Part shown: positions 1 through 10,400 of the stretch, piece by piece
Layout: every line of letters starts with the position of its first letter
How positions within the stretch are numbered: position 1 is the stretch's first letter
DNA from: Promethearchaeota archaeon
Lineage (GTDB): Archaea > Asgardarchaeota > Lokiarchaeia > Sigyniarchaeales > SOKP01
Direction of reading: 5' to 3'
Length of the DNA: 36,125 nt
NCBI GenBank assembly: GCA_004524535.1
Contig: SDNY01000029.1
Location: 1 to 36,125 of the forward strand
Translations under genes and position numbers: made by a program
The notes under the pieces: model-generated
The model's database searches: none
What the model was told of the DNA's origin: nothing
The model's input: the letters and a program-made list of their open reading frames with translations, nothing else

Positions 1-4
1 AAAA

Positions 5-361
5 ATGAATGAAGCTAAACATTTAGATGACTTGAACAATGATAATTATTATTTTGGAATTCCTTGTGAAGAATGTTTTAAAATAGTCCGTAACATTCAT
101 GGGAAGTTCTCTGATTTAAATCAAATCCAGAATTTTATTTTAAATTATAGAACTTGCCCCATATGTGGCACTAAGAACCATGAGAAATATCTGATTGATT
201 TCTATTATGATAATTCTAAAATAGAATTAAGGAATAATTTGATTCATATTTCCAATTTGAAAAAAAAAGAGAAAAGTCTTAAAGTAAATTTTGGAATTCC
301 CTGCTGTAATTGCTTTAATAGAATCTTTGGGGAAACTCCTAATTTAAATTCCTTTTCTTAG
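5..361 (+). CDS. Hypothetical Cys-rich, probably zinc-binding protein (5' end at window edge)
   Basis: 118-aa ORF with three CxxC motifs (CEEC, CPIC, CCNC). The motif FGIPCxxCF occurs near both termini. Confidence 0.7.
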   Translation: MNEAKHLDDLNNDNYYFGIPCEECFKIVRNIHGKFSDLNQIQNFILNYRTCPICGTKNHEKYLIDFYYDNSKIELRNNLIHISNLKKKEKSLKVNFGIPCCNCFNRIFGETPNLNSFS

Positions 362-364
362 ATT

Positions 365-1711
365 TTATCTTGGATTCTCATTTCGAATAATTGTAGCTGT
401 TGACATTCCAAAACCAACACACATTGAAGAAATAGCGTATTCTTTTCCAGACTTTTCTAATTGATGTAGATTTGTTCCAATTAATCTACAACCTGTCATT
501 CCTGTAGGATGTCCAAGAGCTATTGCTCCACCCCATGGATTAAATCTAGGATCGTTCCAATCTAAACCTAAATCATAGCAACATGCATGAACTACCGGAC
601 TAAAAGCTTCGTTTATTTCGATAAAAGACATATCATCGAATGTCATACTTGCTCGCTTTAAAGCCTCAGGCATTGCCTTAATAGGTCCTGTTAACATTAA
701 AACGATATCCGATCCAATGGAGGCAAAATTGACAATAGTAGCTCTAGGTTTTAATCCTAAATCTTCAGCAAGCTCACGAGTCATCCATATTTGTGCTGCT
801 GCACCATCAGTTGTGGGACAGCTGTTTCCAGCGGTGAGAAATGCTACTTTCTTACGCCCTGTTATAGTCTTTAATTTACTTAATACTTCCATGGAGGTAT
901 TAGGACGAGGTCCTTCGTCACGACTTGTTAAAACAGAAAGACTTTCATCTTGAGCCACATCATTCTTCTCATCTAAGAGAGGCTTTCCGTTTTCGTCAAG
1001 CTTAGGACACCAAATTGGCTCAATTTCCGTCCCACGCTCATCCCAATGGGAGCAAGCTTTTTTATGAGAATGTAAAGATAACTCGTCCATTTCTTGGCGA
1101 TATTCTTCCGTTGTTTGCCCAGTTTTCTTTTGCCATTGTATCCCAATTTGATGAGCAGCATTAATCTGGCCTGTGATAGAAGTGGAATATTCTCTCAATT
1201 TGGCAGCAACTTCAGGATTCGTTATAATCTTTTTATTCGGAGCAACCATAATGGGTTTACCGAGTTCATTATCAAAGACATAAGTATCACTTTGAATTGG
1301 ATAACGATTTTGGACTTCAATTCCACCACAAATAACGGCATCGTGGATCCCAGAGGCAATCATTTGCCATGCTGTAAGTACAGCTTGAGCTCCACTTGCA
1401 CAATGTCGATTAACTGACATGCCTGGAACGCTTTGCGGTAAGTGAGCGCCTAATGCGGCATTCCTACCTATATCTAAGGCGCATTCTCCAATTTGACTGC
1501 AACACGCAACAACAGAATCTCCTAAAAGATTGTGATCAAATTCATTACGTTTAAGAAGAGTTTCATAACAATGAATTATTAAATCATCTCCTCTATGGCG
1601 CCCAACTGTTCCTCGTTTTTTTCCCATAGGCGTTCTTACATAATCAATTAAAACTGGCTCGCGTTTTGGATCTTTATAGTATTTTTCATACATGTTTACT
1701 GGTTCTACCAA
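365..1711 (-). CDS. Thiolase (acetyl-CoA C-acyltransferase)
   Basis: Thiolase motifs: RTP at the N-terminus, NRHCASG (nucleophile Cys), TAGNS..TDGAAA, EINEAF, GGAIALGHPTG, SMCVGFGM. Start is TTG 1711 or ATG 1693. Confidence 0.95.
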   Translation of the reverse strand: MVEPVNMYEKYYKDPKREPVLIDYVRTPMGKKRGTVGRHRGDDLIIHCYETLLKRNEFDHNLLGDSVVACCSQIGECALDIGRNAALGAHLPQSVPGMSVNRHCASGAQAVLTAWQMIASGIHDAVICGGIEVQNRYPIQSDTYVFDNELGKPIMVAPNKKIITNPEVAAKLREYSTSITGQINAAHQIGIQWQKKTGQTTEEYRQEMDELSLHSHKKACSHWDERGTEIEPIWCPKLDENGKPLLDEKNDVAQDESLSVLTSRDEGPRPNTSMEVLSKLKTITGRKKVAFLTAGNSCPTTDGAAAQIWMTRELAEDLGLKPRATIVNFASIGSDIVLMLTGPIKAMPEALKRASMTFDDMSFIEINEAFSPVVHACCYDLGLDWNDPRFNPWGGAIALGHPTGMTGCRLIGTNLHQLEKSGKEYAISSMCVGFGMSTATIIRNENPR

Positions 1712-1989
1712 AAATAAACACCTTTTACTATTTTTTATTAATTTAAATGATTTTATTTAAGATTTTTAAATCTTGGATTAAAAATAATGTTATTGTATTA
1801 CTCCAAAACTAATTGACTTATTTGTATTCAATCATCTTATTATGCAAAATATCTTTTAAATTAAACCAATAATCCAATGATTAAATGTAGTAAAACGATT
1901 ATAGTTAGGAAAAAGTATTAATATCTATAGTTCTACTTAAACAAAGTTTAAGAATAAAATTATTTCGCATAATCAAAATCGAATTAACC

Positions 1990-2631
1990 TTGCCAGTTAA
2001 AAATTCTTCAAAGGGTATAATTCAAAGAATAATCGAGTGGGATCACAAAACATTTTTGAAGCTGTACAGGGAAAAAAGATTTCAGGGAAGAAAGATTAAA
2101 GTAATTGCAAAAATTGTCTCATTCATCGCCGCGGGAGAGTTTTGGGGTCTTATATGGCTTATTTGGACAATTTATGGTTATATCACTAAAGATTATTATC
2201 TTCTTGTCTTATTTACTGGCGGATTTATTCAAAGCATTATACTTCATATTATCATTCGTTATAAAATTGTGCAAAGAAAACGTCCTTATATTACGTTAGA
2301 AGACAAAGGAGTCAAACAGCATGATGAATTAATAAGAGAAGATAAATCATTCCCCTCTGGGCATGTGGCCTTTTTATTGTTGTTTGGGATAATCTTTGCC
2401 TTCTTTTTCCAGAATTGGATAATTTTACTAATTTTCATTTTATTGGATGTAATTGTGGCAATAACTCGATTGATTTTAGGTGTGCATTTTCCGACTGATG
2501 TATTGTGTGGATTTCTTTTTGGAGCACTTTATGCTCTCTTATATCTTGCTCTAACTTATCTTTATTGGGTTGATTTATTCTATTGGTTAGGTGGAATTTT
2601 TTCTCCAATAATTCATTTTTGGAAGAATTAA
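1990..2631 (+). CDS. PAP2-family membrane phosphatase (lipid/polyprenyl-phosphate phosphatase-like)
   Basis: Motifs KxxxxRKRP, SFPSGH and TRLILGVHFPTDV, plus several hydrophobic helices. Confidence 0.92.
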   Translation: MPVKNSSKGIIQRIIEWDHKTFLKLYREKRFQGRKIKVIAKIVSFIAAGEFWGLIWLIWTIYGYITKDYYLLVLFTGGFIQSIILHIIIRYKIVQRKRPYITLEDKGVKQHDELIREDKSFPSGHVAFLLLFGIIFAFFFQNWIILLIFILLDVIVAITRLILGVHFPTDVLCGFLFGALYALLYLALTYLYWVDLFYWLGGIFSPIIHFWKN

Positions 2632-2728
2632 AGAAATTGATCTTATTAAAAAAATCTCTTATTTGAAGAATAGTTATATTTGCCTAAGTTCTTGGAAAAG
2701 GGAGTCCAATTAAGTTAAGTTAATTTTT

Positions 2729-3265
2729 TTAATACCAATCGATAAAATCATCTAATGGTCTTCTTTCTCTCGGTGATTCTCCTTTCAATTTTATGATTTC
2801 TTCATCAATTTCTCCCACAGCGATGACTCCCATGAGTTCATATTTCCCAGTATTTAATCTAAATATTTCATTAACTTGCTCTTTGTTTTTTAGAATTTCA
2901 CCAATCCATACTCCGCCTAAGTTCATAGCATGAATGCCTAAGAGAATATTCTCCATGAATGCTCCTATAGATTGAAGATCCTTGACTCTATCGTATACTT
3001 TTTCTAAATCTAAAAATATAACAAAATTAAGGTAAGCGCTTTCTATTATATTACCGCTCATCGTGAGATCTCCAAGCATTCTTTTAACAGTGGGATGAAT
3101 TACTATATTAACGCGCCATGGTTGATTATTTTTCCCTGAGGGGCTGAATTGTCCACATTCTAAGATTTGTAAGATTGTATCACGCTGAATTTTGCTGTGA
3201 ATAAAATTTCTAATACTTCTTCTTGATTTAATAAATTCTAAATATTTTTTTGATTCGTTTTCCAT
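2729..3265 (-). CDS. Nitroreductase-family flavoprotein
   Basis: Motifs RRSIRNF, SPSGKNNQPW, ENILLGIHAMNLGGVWIG and a C-terminal RRPLDD. Confidence 0.92.
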   Translation of the reverse strand: MENESKKYLEFIKSRRSIRNFIHSKIQRDTILQILECGQFSPSGKNNQPWRVNIVIHPTVKRMLGDLTMSGNIIESAYLNFVIFLDLEKVYDRVKDLQSIGAFMENILLGIHAMNLGGVWIGEILKNKEQVNEIFRLNTGKYELMGVIAVGEIDEEIIKLKGESPRERRPLDDFIDWY

Positions 3266-3561
3266 AATTTTAATTATTTATTTTTAAATTTATAATTTTA
3301 ATTAAATTATTTTTACAGATTAGATAAGGTTTTAGTGTATTATTTAGATGTTATATTTTTTAAAATATTTAAGGAATACATCAATTTATATAAAAAGATT
3401 AAATTTTTGATAAGATCTCAATATTATTCCTATTATCTCCTACATCACATATGTGTATCTTTACAGAACACATCTAGATAACTTTCTTATTTAAGTACTC
3501 TAAAAATTAAATTATCCTTGTAATTAATAAAATTTAAAATATAGGTTATGGTGTGTGAATA

Positions 3562-3921
3562 TTGAAATTTTGGAAAAAAGAATTTGATGATATTTTAGGG
3601 GATGGTTCCCCTCACGAAACGCTTGGTTTCACAAAAGAAAGGAATTACGTTCTTCCAATGATTCAAAAATTCTTAATAAAGAAATATAATTTTAAGTCAA
3701 TTGAGCAAGTTAATGATATAAAACAACAACTTTCCGGCAAATCAATCTTAATAATTAATGCGAGAGACCTTCTTAATAACGACACAATTCCTATTGAAGA
3801 GCTAAAAAACAGTATAAATGAAATTAAATCTTTCTTAAATGAACGTGGCGGCTCTATCGGTCGAATAGGCGATCAATACTTAATTTTAACCCCCAGTCCT
3901 CATATCAAAATGACGATGTAA
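3562..3921 (+). CDS. sepF: Archaeal SepF-like cell-division protein (DUF552 type)
   Basis: 119 aa. The C-terminal pattern ILIIN...ELKNSINEIKSFLNERGGSIGRIGDQYLILTP resembles the archaeal SepF core (GGDI..IG...IL.TP). Confidence 0.7.
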   Translation: MKFWKKEFDDILGDGSPHETLGFTKERNYVLPMIQKFLIKKYNFKSIEQVNDIKQQLSGKSILIINARDLLNNDTIPIEELKNSINEIKSFLNERGGSIGRIGDQYLILTPSPHIKMTM

Positions 3922-4218
3922 TTATTTAAATAATCGGATTAATTCATTTTTTAAAATTTGTGAAACATCCCAATATACATTTAAGAGACCATTATTTAGA
4001 GAATTTATTAGTTCGGATGGCTGGATCATCTTCTGTTGATAATTTTTGTATCTGAAAGATGTTCACAAAAATTCTATTATTAGATTTTTCTCTATTCGTC
4101 AATTAAATTGATTTTATTTTTTATTAGATTATTTTAAGGGTCAATTCATTAATTCCTTTTAAACTAGAGTAGTATCGTTTAAATTTTAAAAGATATTTTT
4201 GTTTTATTTTAAAAGAGC

Positions 4219-4310
4219 AGATAGTCAAAAATCCGTCCTTATGATTTTATAAAGGTGGGTGAGATAGATTTATATACAGATCTGTATTAGATAAATGTAA
4301 TAGACAAAAA
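4219..4310 (+). promoter_or_regulatory. Upstream cassette copy 1 (shared with 12820-12909), including a TATA-like element and a 14-bp perfect palindrome
   Basis: AGATAGTCAAAAATCCGTCCTTATGA (from 4219) and GTAATAGACAAAAA (4297-4310) recur at 12820 and 12896. Palindrome ATACAGATCTGTAT at 4274-4287 abuts TTTATA (4269-4274). Confidence 0.55.
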
Positions 4311-4422
4311 AGTAGTATGAAAGGTTTGAATGAGAATAAATTTCAATATTTGATATTATTAATTAATTTTTCCTAATCAAACAAGACCAATATCTTCAGA
4401 ATTATAAAATACAAGTGTAAAT

Positions 4423-7400
4423 ATGAATATTTACAGAAAAAAAGGTAAAACGGTTTTAGTTTTAATCAGTTTATTTACTATCTTGTATTTTCTAACATTT
4501 ATTTTCAATTCGGTTAATTTTATTCAGTATAACAATGAAAATGAGCAAAAATTTAAAGAGGATATATATGGAAATCCTCTTTCAGACGAAGAAGATAATA
4601 TTATATTAGATGATTTGAATTTTGAAGATAAATTACCACAACTTAGCAGCCCTATATTACAAAATTATACAATGATTGTAGGCAATCCTTATAGTTGGAT
4701 TAGTGCAGCTGGAGGCACTGAATTATTATTATTGGATAATAGCTATGTATCACGATCTTTACCATTTAGTTTTGATTTCTATAATGAGTCCTATTCAACA
4801 ATTTATTTAGGAGTAAATGGATATTTAAGTTTCACTGATTCATCACCTTCTGATTTTTCTAATGATCCGATTCCTTCAACGGATCCTGATAATACTTATC
4901 TAATCGCTCCATTTTGGGATGATTTGCTAACTGCTTGGGGTGGCGGAGGTGGAACGATTTATGTACGCTCATTTGGCACATATTGGGTTGCTGAATGGTT
5001 AAACATAGAACATATTTCTGGTCCTACTGTTGGTACATTTGAAGTTATTTTATATGATAATGGAGATATTGTTTTTAATTATGATTATATTAGTTATGTA
5101 GCTGGTGGGTATACTTGTGGATTAAATTTGGGTTTAGACACTAGTTATTACAATGAATATTCAGGTTTAACTGCATCAACAAATGATTTTTCATTACTTT
5201 TCACTCCTACAAATGATTATGCACCTCAATTATCAGCAGAGTCAGTTATACCTACAACAGGTGGTCAAACCACACAATTCAATTTTAGTGTAGAATATAC
5301 GGATCAAGACAACAATCCTCCCATTTATGTTAATGTAACTATAAATGGTACCTCTTATTCAATGAGTCAAGTAAATCCCTTAGATAATGATTATACTGAT
5401 GGTTGCATTTATCAATATATAACCTATCTACAACCAGCTGCATTTAATTATACTTATTCGTTTGAATGTAGCGATGGAGATAATTTTAATTCAACAATTA
5501 CTTACGACAATTTGGAAGTAATTCATGTAAATGATTATGGACCAGAACTTCTTAATCCACAAGTTACTCCATCAATAGGAGGGAATTCTAAATTATTCAA
5601 TTTTACAGTGAGATATTTTGATGATGATAACAATTTTCCTGTAAATATTAACATTACATTAAATAGCACGACAACATATTTGATGCTACCTGTAAATCCT
5701 CTAGATACCAATGCTATGGATGGTGTTCTTTATTATTTCAATACCACATTAGATTTTGGATATTATAGTTTTCAAATTAATTGTTCGGATGGAGTTTTCA
5801 CGAATTCAACAGGATGGATTATAGGCCCGGAAGTTAATCCTTTTTATGGACAGTGGAGCGATTTTACACTTTTCTATGATGATTTTGAACGAGCATCTCT
5901 AGGTTCAGATTGGACGCATATTGGTGGTGGATCATATGGAATTAATACCGATACTTTTCAATCACCGACTAGATCGGCTTATCATTGTTGGAATACTGGT
6001 GAAATCCAATCAAGAATATTTGACTTGAGTTTCTATCGTTATGTTAATATTTCCTATTGGGTTAGACAAGGAGATACGTCACTAGGGAGTGAACAACCCG
6101 AGACAGGTGAAGATTTCTTTGTTGAATACTATAATAATCTGGGGAGTTGGATTCCCCTTGATCAATTTTTAGGTGCTGATCCTGGTGCCACAATCTATAT
6201 ACGATCACACCAATTACCAGCTGATGCCCTACATTCCAATTTTCAAATAAGATTCAGACAGTTTGGGGGTTCTAATTCTGATTGGGATTGGTGGCATTTT
6301 GATGACGTGCGAATTGATGTTAATTCAGTACTGAATTTGCATTTACCCCTAAATAATAGTATTCACTTTAATGGTTTTATCAACTTCACATGGGACAGCT
6401 TAGATGCTTATATTGGTGCTTGTAATTATACTCTTCAAATCTCGAATCAAATAGACTTTTCAGTAATTAATATTGAAGAATTGAATATTCCAGAAACGCC
6501 TGATAATACCAGTATACTCATAGATGTAAATTTAGCGGCAGATCAATACTATTGGAGAATCCGTCCAACCTATGGTCCATTTTATCATAATTGGTCTGAT
6601 GTTTTTACATTTAACTTAACTATTAATAATTTCACTCCAAATTTATCATCTGTAGAAGTTATTCCATTATATGGTTCACAAATGACAAAATTTAACTTTA
6701 CAGTTATGTATTCTGACCAAGACAACAATCCTCCCATTTATGTTAATGTAAATATAAATGGTACATCTTATTCGATGAGTCAAGTAAATCCCTTAGATAC
6801 TGATTATACGGATGGTTGTATTTTCCAATATTTGTCTAAATTATCTCCAGCAACGTTCAATTATACTTATTCTTTTGAATGCTATGACGGGAAATATGCT
6901 AATTCTACTATCCTCTATGATAATTTAGAAGTAATAGAAATTAACCTAATTGCACCAAACCTTATTAATCCACAACTAAATCCTTCTATTGGAGTTAATT
7001 CTACTCTGTTTAATTTTTCTGTGTGGTACTATGATATAGAGAATAATCAACTCACCTATATCAATATCACAATAAATGATACTGGCACATTTTTAATGGA
7101 AAAAGCAGATCCATTGGATTTTAATGCGACAGATGGAATACTTTACTACTATACTACTACCTTACCTTGGGGTTATTATAAATTTCAAATTAATTGTTCG
7201 GATGGAGTTTTTACGAATTCAACAGGATGGTTGATTGGTCCTGAGGTTAATCCATTTTTAGGTTTGTCAGATTTGTCAACAGATCCTATTAAAATAGTGA
7301 TATTAGATTCAGCAGCGTCTGATGCTCCTCGTAATGGTATTTGGGCAAATTTGAATGCTAACTGGAATTTATATGGAACTTATAATATTTCAATAGATTA

Positions 7401-10400
7401 TACAACCTTAAACTTTAATGGGATAACTTATAATGACTTAGTTAATTCTGGAGCTGACGTAGTTGTTATTGCGGACGCTCATAGTAGTTATGACTACATG
7501 TTGCCAGAGATAAGGGCAATATATCAATATACTCAAGAAGGTCATGGGCTGGTTGGCTCGGGGGTGACTTTTTGGTCTTGTACTAACAATGATCGATTAG
7601 CTCCATTATTTGGAATGTATAGTAATATGACACCAAGTATTCCTCAAAATCCGAACAGTTTAGATATTGATCCCTTAGGGTATGGTTATAGTAGTACAAT
7701 ATTATTCAATAATCTGATTACACCTATGGAAGGATACACTGGTTATGCGCTAAATGGCTGGCAATTGAACTTTTCTGATCCAGCTGAATTTGCGGCGGCT
7801 TATGTTGGGGCGCCTACTGGAAATCTTAAAAGTGTTTTTTATGGCGCCGCAGTTTTAGTTCATGAAGGTGGTTCAGCTGGTTTGGGAAGATCTGTATTTG
7901 CAACACATTTAAGCACTTATAATTATGGTGGAACATGGACGTCTGAAGAAACACAGTTATATTATAATATTCTAATTTATGCTGCTATGAAGAATCTTAA
8001 AATTTCGAGTGCTATTAATTTAAAGTCCCCTGTTAACGAGAGTAGTTTTTTTAACGATGTATATAACTTTACTTGGTCAAGCTTAGATGCATATTTTGGA
8101 CCATGTAATTATACCCTCCAAATTTCGAATCAAATAGACTTTTCAGTAATAAATATTGAAGAATTGAATATTCCAGAAACGCCTGAAAATACGAGCATAC
8201 TTATAGATGTAAATTTAGCGGCAGATCAATACTATTGGAGAGTTCGTCCAACCTATGGTCCATTTTATTATAACTGGTCTGAAGTTTATACATTTAACTT
8301 AATCATTAACAATTACACTCCCAATCTCACATCTGTAGAAGTTATACCTCTTTCTGGTTCACAATTGACAATTTTTAACTTTACAGTTATTTATTCTGAT
8401 CAAGACAACAATCCTCCCATTTATGTTAATGTAATTATAAATGGTACCTCTTATTTGATGAGTCAAGTTAATCCCTTAGATACGGATTATACTGATGGTT
8501 GTATGTTTCAATATAAAACTAAATTATCTCCCGCAGTGTTCAATTATACCTATTCTTTCGAATGCTATGACGGGAAATATGCTAATTCTACTATCCTCTA
8601 TGATAATTTAGAAGTAATAGAAATTAACCTAATTGCACCCAACCTTATTAATCCACAACTAAATCCTTCTATTGGAGTTAATTCTACTCTTTTTAATTTT
8701 TCTGTGTGGTATTATGATATAGAGAATAATCAGCTCACCTATATCAATATCACAATAAATAATACTGGCATATTTTTAATGGAAAAAGCAGATCCTTTGG
8801 ATTTTAATGCAACAGATGGAATACTTTACTACCATACTACTACCTTACCTTGGGGTTATTATAAATTTCAAATTAATTGTTCGGATGGTGTTTTTACGAA
8901 TTCAACAGAATGGTTGATTGGCCCGGAAGTTAATCCTTTTTATGGTGATCCAATTTTACCCCTTTTAACACCATTAAATGAGAGCTTGTGGTTTACAAGT
9001 TTATTTGATTTCACATGGACAAGTTTAGAATTACCAAGTGGTGCCGTAGTAAACTATAGTTTGCAAATTTCGAATTCTACAGATTTTTCTTTTATTATTT
9101 TCGAAAAAGAAAATATAGAAGAGTTATCTGGGGTCTCAAATTTAACCCAATACATAGATTACCAATCCGGGTTATATTATTGGAGAGTTTGTGCCATATA
9201 TGAGGTTTTTACCAGTAACTGGTCAAATTATTATATGTTTAATTTAACCTACAATGAAAATATTCCGAATCTGTTTTCTGGTTCTGTTATACCTCGTACT
9301 GGAAGTCAATTGACTAAATTTAATTTTACTGTGGTATATATAGATCCTGATAATAATTACCCATATTCTATTACCGTTACTATTAATGGAACATCCTATG
9401 AGATGGTAAAAGTCAATTCTGCAGATAATAATTACACAGACGGGTGTGTATATCAATATCTCATATACTTGGCTCCCAGTGACTTTAATTATACCTATTA
9501 TTTCGAATGCTATGATGGTAAATATACCAATTTTACAATAAGTTATAATAATTTAGAGGTCAATGAATCTTTTCTGATTGCCCCACTGCTTATTAATCCA
9601 CATCTAAATCCATCTACTGGAGATACTTCTACACTGTTTAACTTTACAGTGTGGTACTATGATATAGAGAATAATCAGCTCACCTATATCAACATAACAA
9701 TAAAAAATACTGGCACATTTTTAATGGAAAAAATAAATCCTTTAGATTTCAATGCAACAGATGGAATACTTTACTACTATACTACTACATTACCTTGGGG
9801 TTCTTATAAATTTCAAATTAATTGTTCTGATGGTGTTTTAACAAATTCTACAGGATGGATTCATGGTCCCGAGATTAATCCTCCAGAGATTACGATTATA
9901 TCTCCAATACCTTACCAATTATTTGGAAATAAAACGTTTGAATTTGTATTATATATCTCTAATACAGAAAATTTATATTCAACATGGTATTCTTTAAATG
10001 GAGGTTTAAATTATACTTTTTCCGGTACAACTGGAACTATAAATCAATCAGCCTGGGATGCATGTGGAAATGGAACCGTTATTATAAGATTTTATACGAA
10101 TGATACTGTAGGTAATATAAATTTTACTGAGATTACTGTTCGAAAGGAAACAAGTTCTCCAAATATAACTATTAATCTTCCTTACGCCAATGATTTATTT
10201 GGAGCTGGGGCCCCAAAGTATAATGTTACTATAGATGATAATAAATTAAATACAACTTGGTACTCCTTAAATGGCGGATTAAATTATACATTCACCAGTT
10301 CAACGGGATTATTCAATCAGACTGCCTGGGATGCATGTGGAAATGGAACAGTCATTATAACTTTTTATGCGAATAATACCGCAGGAAATTTAAATTCTGA

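Noticed and set aside
717-1417. Shadow ORFs overlapping the thiolase (717-953, 973-1161, 1094-1417)
   Set aside because: They are antisense or alternate-frame to a well-conserved gene and have no motifs.
3446-3455. Palindrome CACATATGTG between the divergent nitroreductase and sepF-like genes
   Set aside because: A single 10-bp palindrome is expected by chance in 36 kb.
3922-4102. Minus-strand frame EKNLIIEFL*TSFRY...LIRLFK with an in-frame TGA (possible selenoprotein or small gene)
   Set aside because: There is another stop just upstream, no start or RBS, no redox motif and no recognisable SECIS. At most it is a decayed fragment.
6385-8940. Diversity-generating retroelement template/variable repeat pair
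   Set aside because: Both copies are in-frame parts of one gene, the differences are not adenine-specific, and no reverse transcriptase gene is present.
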